DNA of 64,000 nt. Source: Octopus sinensis (Eukaryota). Below the pieces are notes generated by a model that did no database searches, was not told the origin of the DNA, and worked only from the letters and a program-made list of their open reading frames with translations. Where the stretch lies: NCBI RefSeq assembly GCF_006345805.1, contig NC_042997.1, forward strand, positions 37,076,001 to 37,140,000, in the 5' to 3' direction. Positions 56,387 through 64,000 of the stretch are shown in pieces. Made by a program: the position numbers and the translations under genes. The first letter of the stretch is position 1; every line of letters begins with the position of its first letter.

Positions 56387-56664
56387 CAACAATATTAAGG
56401 AATGGCCCTGATAGGCCATTCGACTTACTAGAAAGAGCAGCCAAGACTCAAACCGCTAAATAGTAGTAATTCATAAATCAAAGGAAAATTAAAACATTTA
56501 CCCTAATCATTCTTGGGCAATGCATTGTTTCGACGTCCTTTGGCAGACTAGCCTAATTAAATTAAATTAAATTTAATCAAGTCAATCTACCACTGGCTTG
56601 TCTTGGTTGCTCTTTCTAGTGAGTCGAATGGCCTATGAGGGCCATTCCTTAATATTGTTGAAAT
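56383..56664. mobile_element. 282-bp MITE-like or foldback element with 65-bp inverted arms in (TA)n context
   Basis: 56383-56447 against 56600-56664 shows 3 mismatches. Each arm carries an 8-bp hairpin GAATGGCC-N6-GGCCATTC. Confidence 0.85.
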
Positions 56665-56765
56665 TATACATATATAGTCTGTGACTATTTTCTCTTTGTC
56701 ACTGGAGCGCTGGTGCCGAAAAAAATTTCTATTGAATTTTTTGCTACCCTTATATTGATTAATTA

Positions 56766-56910
<145 letters not shown>

Positions 56911-57055
56911 TATTGTATCTGTGTTTTCTAAAATGGGCGTGAACAACTTTCTTCAGCTGATTGGCTTGAAACTTTAAGAAACTAGAATATTTATCTACCT
57001 CGTGCATGAAACCAATGATAGCCTTAATTCTCAAATAAAGAAATTGTATCCACCG

Positions 57056-57139
57056 ATGCTGTGTTGAGCACTCATTTTTATCGTTCGTCATAAATATATA
57101 TAAATGTCGAACGAAAGAAATGAGTGCTCAACACAGCAT
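57056..57139. other. 84-nt long hairpin
   Basis: ATGCTGTGTTGAGCACTCATTT (57056-77) is the exact reverse complement of 57118-39. An inner 10-bp stem has one mismatch and the loop is 14 nt and AT-rich. Confidence 0.85.
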
Positions 57140-57222
57140 ATGTCACTGGTATCATTGAAGTAAGGAAAAATATCAACGACAATGCTAATTTGCAATTAGG
57201 TTAATTACGTCATCTGTATTAA

Positions 57223-59660
57223 CACTTCGTCTACCAGAGAAAATGTATGTCACTAATCACTAATTACCGACTGTGTCCCATGCTCAATATTTTTCTTTTA
57301 ATTAAATTTTATTCAAGCCGCCACTATTTGTTAGCTACGGCATATATGCTATCAGGGGAATGAAAATTACTGTTTCGTACAGATTTTAATAAAATACAGC
57401 TTACAGAATATACTATAAATTTTAAAAATTACAAAAATACAGAATTACAGTTTTTCACGTCAGTGAATGCAGGCATGGATACTACAATTCTTACAAGTAG
57501 TACGAGTTTCCCTGCCTTTTTTTTTCTTCTTTTTTGGGGTGGGTACACAAAGAACATCTTCCATTTTCCTTTGGCTGAAGAGGTTGACGACCGTCTTCTT
57601 TTCTTGTTTGGTTGAGAAAATTTAACGGAATTAGAATATTGTTGTGTATCGTGTTTTTGTTTACCATTAACTCCAGCAAGTTCCTTTCCTAACTGAATTA
57701 AGCACTCTTTTCTTTCACCCTTTAAACTTTGTAAGTGAAGATGTTTATAAACAATGAAGGCATTCACTCTACTTATATCAATCATGTTGTAGAATATAAC
57801 CATAGGCCACCTTCGAGTCATTCATTAGCAAGTATTTTTCCATACCATCTTATATAGGGTATCTACTGCTCCTTTTGTTTTGTTGTAACATGTAATAACT
57901 TCAGGTTTATTTTCAGCACATTTTGAATCCTCTGAAGGCAGAGAGTGCATTGTAATCATAAGTGTGACTACGTAATATTTTCTTGGGGCAATAAGACTGG
58001 ATCATAGAATTATTTTGAACTACAAATATTGTGCTGTTTATTTCTCTTTCTTTTCCATTTGTGAAAGCACATGGAAGTTGAACGCTATTCTTTCTAATTG
58101 TTCCAACTAAAGTAGCTTTCTTGCTAAGCATGCTTTCTAACCAGTCCTAGACTTGTAAAAAATGATCGCAAGTTATCTTGCGACCAGTATGTTCTAGTTC
58201 TTTTACTAGGCCTTCAATACCTCTATTGAACCTTGATTTGTGTCTCTCCCTTTTACTGCATTTTCCAGGCATAAATTGCTTCTCTATCGCATATCAGCCA
58301 AATTTTGATTCCATGTTTCTCTGGATTTGAAGGAATATATACCCGAAATGGGCAGCGCTCTATGAATGAAACTAATTGTTCATCAACTGTCATACGTGAA
58401 CTTGGAACATATCCATCTTGCAAATCCCGATTGCACATTTAAAATACTTCTCTTATGGGATCCAATTTATCATTATTTCTCTTTCTTCTTCTTGCACTAG
58501 CATCATCGAAACGCAGTACTCACAAAATCTGTTGAAATCTTCCTTCGCTCATAATTATGTTGAATATTCGTCGACCATGATCCTGACTCCACAACTGTGT
58601 AACAATTTCATTGTTAGATTTATAAAAACGTATACGAATAATCAGTCCAATAAATTTCTTTAGCTCGGAGTGACCAATTTCCTTCCATTTATTTTTGTAA
58701 ACAACTTGACCTTTAAAATTTATCCATTTACGAATTACTTCAAGAAGATTCTGGCGCATAAAGATAGTAAAACATATTTCAATGCTATGACACGACCTTT
58801 AAGGAAAACGGGATACCCATATTCTTGGTGCACATTATTGCAAGATGAAGTTCTTACTGCTGCTTGAGTAAGAGTATTAAAATGGCAAACTTGTTGCCTG
58901 TCTCTCGAAACATTCATTACTAATTCATAACTGGTTGTCTTGCAGATAATTGTTGTTCAGTATCATCATCATTTGATGACGCAGAACCTAACCTGTCCAG
59001 CACACAGTCACTTTCACCATCATCTTCAGAGCAATAGAAGGAATCACTACTTTCTTCTTCCCATTCGTCATCTAATTCCAACAACCTTTTCGATATTTGG
59101 TCTTTACTCAAGTTTTCACGTCTAGCCATATTGGAAAGCACAACTGAACTATATGAAACTTGGTAGCAGACTAAAAGCAGATATTGCTCTCTCGCATATT
59201 TATACTTTTCTGAAAAATTGCGTCATCACATGGAAATATTGCATCCCTCTGATTGATTGAAGGTGATGCTATACCAAACAAATTTACAGGAATATTTTTG
59301 TAATGTTTCCTATTTTATCTAAACTTCACCAAATAAATAGAATACAATTTTATTTATTTTATATCTGGTAAATATCTCGGAAAATAATATTTGATACTGC
59401 TATTATTCTGTTTAGAATGAGAAGAGTATTGTATGAATTTAATTCGAGGGTCCAGTGGACCAATACTGTAATTAATGTATAAAGTGAAATTTTCTAGCTT
59501 TTATAAACATACAGAAAATTTCCCATTTGACAAATAAATGAGAATGAAGTAGAAATACGAGTCACAAGCAATTAACAGAATCAAATAATATAAACAGTAG
59601 GAAAAGGCAAGTGAAAAAACTGAAATGGGTCCATTGGACCCATTGGTAGACTGAAAGTTG
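57223..59660 (-). mobile_element. Full-extent but decayed piggyBac (PGBD4-like) transposon
   Basis: TTAA TSDs at 57219-22 and 59661-64. Imperfect TIRs CACTTCGTCTACCA and CAACTTTCAGTCTACCA. Transposase remnants TVDEQLVSF..RCPFRVYIPSNP.KHGIKIW and TRRWPMVIFYNMIDIS, an acidic N-terminus, and subterminal GGTCCA.TGGACC palindromes. Confidence 0.9.
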
Positions 59661-61049
59661 TTAATGCAATTATATCACGTAAACACAGTGCTGTAATGTC
59701 TGAGACGTGAAAGGATATTTTAAAGAACAATGTAATGAGTCATTGTTTCTCAAATTAGAGGATGATAACAGAGTTCTTTAAATGTTATGATTATAGTTCT
59801 ATAAGGGGACTTTTAATATGTGTCATCATTGAGGTAGGGAAAATTTATCAACGACACCGCTAATTTGCAATTATTTTAATTATGTCATCTATATAAATTA
59901 ATGCAATTACATCATGTAAACAAAGTCCTGTATTATCTGGGACAAGAAACAGAATCGAAGTATACATTGACAGGAATTTCTCAGTGAAGCAAAAACTTGG
60001 ATTTAAGGATAATTTGCTTTTTAAATTTTAGAAAAAAACTATATTCTAATTAAGCTCAAATGATAGAGCTCAAATAGAGGAATTAATAATCTTATTTTCA
60101 TTTTTAGATTAAAATTTTCAATTTAATTCAATGATAATAATGATTCAATAAAAAATTAAAAACTAAAAATATTATTTAGAAATATATTAAATTTATTATT
60201 CAATTTTCAGTAAGGTAACATCTCAATTTATTAATTGGCACATTATTCATTACCATAATAGCATAGCTCGCAAATACATGGATTACATGGAAAAAACTTG
60301 AGCAAGAGAAATAATATCCTTAAGATTATAAACCTCGAAAAGTACAAGACGAGTTATTGCATCTGATAAAGTATTTTTTACTTAAAATATTGCAGCTCAA
60401 TATAAAACTTGAACGTTAAAAAAATATTTGGTTTTAATTTACAAAGTAACAATATAAATTTAGAAGCTACCATCGTTTTTTAAAATATTGGCACGCTAGA
60501 ATACTTTAAAAAACTTAGAGTCAGAAGTACCAATATAGCTAAAGTTTTATGCAAAGGAGAATAGTATATGTGGTAGACAAATTCATTATGCAAAAAATAG
60601 GCATTGGGTCAAAACTAAAAATGTGATGACTTAGCAATAACTCGAGCAAATTTCACTGTGAATTTGCTGTTATACGTAGATTTTACTGTAAAACATAACT
60701 AATTTTTCTATTATTCTATTTAGTACCATTAATTTTTATAATCTATTTTCGAATTTCTAATTATCAATTAATAATATAAAAAATGAATTTGTTAAAGTGC
60801 AAGAAATATTTTAAATTAGTTATTTTCAAGTAAAAACAAATTTTTAGTTCCAATAAAAGGTAATATTTTTAAATCTCAATATTTTATTTGAATTTTTATC
60901 CTTAGCAACAATATTATAAGTAAAACTTTTCTTTTTCTGTACTTTACCAGATGTAACAAGTTGTCTTCAACTTTTCCTAGTGAAATAACTTGTACTTTAC
61001 TTTTTAAGGTACCATCTTTAAAATATTTAACTCGTTTGCATTTTTCCAT

Positions 61050-61052
61050 GTA

Positions 61053-61089
<37 letters not shown>

Positions 61090-61130
61090 AATATATAGAA
61101 TATATATATATATATATATTAATATATATC

Positions 61131-61181
<51 letters not shown>

Positions 61182-61185
61182 ATAA

Positions 61186-61249
<64 letters not shown>

Positions 61250-61271
61250 TATGTATGCATATATATATATG

Positions 61272-61305
<34 letters not shown>

Positions 61306-61464
61306 TATATATGTATGCATAATATATATATGTATATTGTATGTATATATATATATAGTATATATATATGTATGTATATATATATTATAATATATATATG
61401 TGTCTATATATATGTATATATATATATATATATGCATATATATATACATACATATATTATATGC

Positions 61465-61495
<31 letters not shown>

Positions 61496-61715
61496 ATATA
61501 ATGATATATATAATGATATATATATGTATTTATATATATATATTATATGATATATATATATATATATAGATGCATATATATATATATATGTATAATATGT
61601 ATATAATATGATATAATATATATATATGCATATATATATGTATATATATGTATATATATATTATAATATAATATATATATATATTAATATATATATAATA
61701 TATATTTATATTTAT
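61050..61715. repeat. Long degenerate (TA)n/(TG) microsatellite
   Basis: Direct reading. Shorter (TA)n, (CA)n and (TACA)n tracts also occur at about 15130, 17560-17950, 33980, 34320-34590, 39050-39300, 45060-45340, 46460-46565, 49350-49605, 54230-54400 and 56760-56910. Confidence 0.95.
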
Positions 61716-62089
61716 ATGTAGCGTTTATCGCCTCTCAACATGACTCTTCCGTTCGAAGTGACGACAAACATTACTTGCCAGTACAGTTGCTGCATTGATC
61801 CCTTACATAAATTTTAGAACTAGCATCTTTGCTTTTGCAAAATCACCGGCTGAATGTCGCTTGAATCTATCTATCTAGCCCTCTCTCTCTTTCTATATAT
61901 ATTTTTGTATGTAAAAGGAGAGAATTCACAAAAAAATGACGAAGACAGGTGGTGTAGACAACAAACATATATTAGTTTAACGCTCGAGCCTACGCTCTTC
62001 CATAGAAAGGAACACCGAAAGAAACAGGGAGAGAAACTAAAAACCTGTGTGTGAGTGTGCATGTGAGTGTGTGTGTTTTGTATATGTTT

Positions 62090-62375
62090 TGTCAATGTGT
62101 ACAACTAACATAAAAAAGTGAATAAATAGTTACAAGGATAGCAGCAATTCACATAAGTGTAAAGAATATTACGGCCGACTTATAAAGGTATAAATTCCAT
62201 AGTTCATTGAAATGTCTTTGTATCATATACATAAATTAAGATATAGAGTTAAAGACAAGTGTTATTCAAATCTTTATACGTCCGACATACGTTCCGAAGT
62301 AAACATTGATATTATTCCGGAGATAACAAACTTATGTAGAACCGTGAAATCATATCGACAGGAAAAAAAGAGGAA
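62090..62375 (-). mobile_element. Third copy of the small hammerhead-bearing family, degenerate ribozyme at 62276-62369
   Basis: Minus strand TTTTC-CTGTCGA...CTTC-GGAAC-GTAT-GTC-GGACG, co-linear with 19270-19530. Confidence 0.65.
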
Positions 62376-62418
62376 CAACACATCAATAAATCATTTTAAC
62401 TGAATGTGATTACCACCT

Positions 62419-62801
62419 TACGTTACAGGGATGTTTGCAAAAGGGATATGAAGGCCTGCAACATCAATATTAGCGGTTGGGAGGCAGTTGCCAGCAACCG
62501 TGGAGAATGGCGACGTACAGTAAAAGAGGGAATACAAAGGAGCGACAGAGAGAGAGAGAGAGGAGAAATGGAAAGAAAGAAAGAGACGTAAACAAGAGAC
62601 CATGGCACTACAACCAGCCAGGAACAGTCTTCGCTACATTTGCGGTACCTGCCAGAGGGAGTGTTTTTCCAGGATAGGACTACACAGCCACAGCAGGAAA
62701 TGTATCAGGACATGAAATATAAAAGCCGGAGTAGACTACAAAAAAGAAATGCGCAACTCCATTGTCTCCCGAGACAGAAAGGATGCCAATACCAATGCCA
62801 A
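62419..62801 (+). mobile_element. 5'-truncated RTE-clade LINE 3' end
   Basis: LRYRDVCKRDMK...WEAVASNRGEWRRTV and a C-terminal YICGTCQRECFSRIGLHSHSRKC finger, with a (G/A)CCAAT tail. A 12-bp TSD TGATTACCACCT lies at 62407-18 and 62802-13. Confidence 0.9.
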
Positions 62802-63499
62802 TGATTACCACCTACTACTTTGCAATTAGTTTAATTACGTTATCTGTACAAATTAATACAATTATATCATGCAAACACAGCCCAGTAATATCTGAGACGA
62901 GGAAGAAATATTAAAAGAGCAATGTTATGAGCGTTTGTTTCTCAAAACGGAATTATAATATATGTCACCGGCGTTAATCACATTCGGTTAAAATAGCTTC
63001 TTGGTGTGTTTTGTTTCTCTTTTTCTCCCCCCACCATGGCGAGTGGCGATAAACATTAAATATATACATATATTACATGGAAAAATGTGAACAAGTGAAA
63101 TAATATTCTTAAGATTATATACCTAGAAAAGTACAGGGTAACAAATAAATGTTATACAGGTATGGAAAAGTGGGGTTTTGTAGATTGCACACGCTATAAT
63201 ACTAAACTGAGATACTCTGTACATGAGGAGACCTATGTAATGAAGAACCTGATAAAATAGAGACTAAGTGACTCTGAGTAACCTGTGAATATACAGTATG
63301 GTGCACATGGGATAAATACAAATGGTGGACAGAACACATTCACTGATGTTTTGAGAAAATAATGCATGCTCAGTGGCGAGGAAGAAAGGGTGAGAGAGAC
63401 AGGCAGAGAGAGAAAAAGCGAAGTCTGACGGAGAGAGAAAACTGACAGAGAGAGAGAGAAAGGAGGATTAAAGGAGAAAAATCGAGAAAAGAGGTGAGA

Positions 63500-63600
63500 A
63501 TCGTAGGCAATAATCAAGTGTGCCCCACACATAATAATCAAGGAGGTTTCAGTCTGTGAATTAGGTGGCCAGACGTTAGGAGCGATGTGGTCGCAGAAAT
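63500..63600 (-). mobile_element. Tc1/mariner (maT-like) transposase fragment
   Basis: HIAPNVWPPNS followed by a frameshifted LDYYVWG remnant. Confidence 0.65.
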
Positions 63601-63660
63601 ATATGTGTGAGTGTGTGTGTATGTGTGTATGTGTGTGTGTGTGTGTGTGTGAGTGTGTGT

Positions 63661-63692
<32 letters not shown>

Positions 63693-63799
63693 TGTGTGTG
63701 TGTGTGTGTGTGATGTGTTTGTAATACATATATGTACCAAAATTACATAAATATATCTTGAAATATTAAAGATTAAATTTATTGAATAAAACGCCACTG

Positions 63800-64000
63800 G
63801 CTTCAACCACGGCCTCCAGACGACTTCAGAATGTTCTGCATCTTTTTGGGACGTTCTGCTTCTTTACGTTGGAAAATATTGCCATAATTTTTGCCTTCAG
63901 TTTATCTTTGGTGTTACAATGAGTTTTTTTGCCTCTCCCTCAACCACGCGCCACCCATAATAATAAAAACGGTTTTTCATTCTGGGAAGTTAGGTGGCCA
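63800..64000 (-). mobile_element. Tc1/mariner (maT-like) transposase C-terminus, runs off the window edge
   Basis: WPPN...CNTKDKLKAKIMAIF...SRLEAVVEASG. Confidence 0.8.

Noticed and set aside
61975-62020. Minus-strand CTATGGAAGAGCGTAGGCTCGAGCGTT with a GAGC/GCTC stem
   Set aside because: Both conserved core segments deviate from CUGANGA and GAAA.

Overview
AT-rich eukaryotic DNA that is almost entirely repeats. It is probably from an octopus (inference from the tRNA-derived SINE types, (TA)n/(TAA)n microsatellites and transposon mix). I could not support any host protein-coding exon. Recognisable elements: several tRNA-derived SINEs, some with target-site duplications (TSDs); many R4/Dong-type restriction-like-endonuclease (RLE) non-LTR retrotransposon pieces piled into (TAA)n tracts; one L1/Tx1 fragment; a near-full-length CR1-clade LINE; a decayed Penelope RT; an RTE 3' end; three mariners, maT-like fragments and a decayed piggyBac with TTAA TSDs. 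The most notable signal is a set of eight type I hammerhead ribozyme motifs (three with near-canonical cores, the rest variant or degenerate), most in small non-coding elements beside or between (TA)n tracts. These include a 557-bp tandem array (retrozyme-like), a 631-bp near-perfect inverted repeat with two divergent hammerheads, and a three-copy family. A second notable signal is the CR1 ORF1, which appears to combine a Myb/SANT-like domain, polyQ and twin CCCH fingers. All alignments, folds and coordinates were read by eye, so element ends are approximate unless a TSD is quoted.
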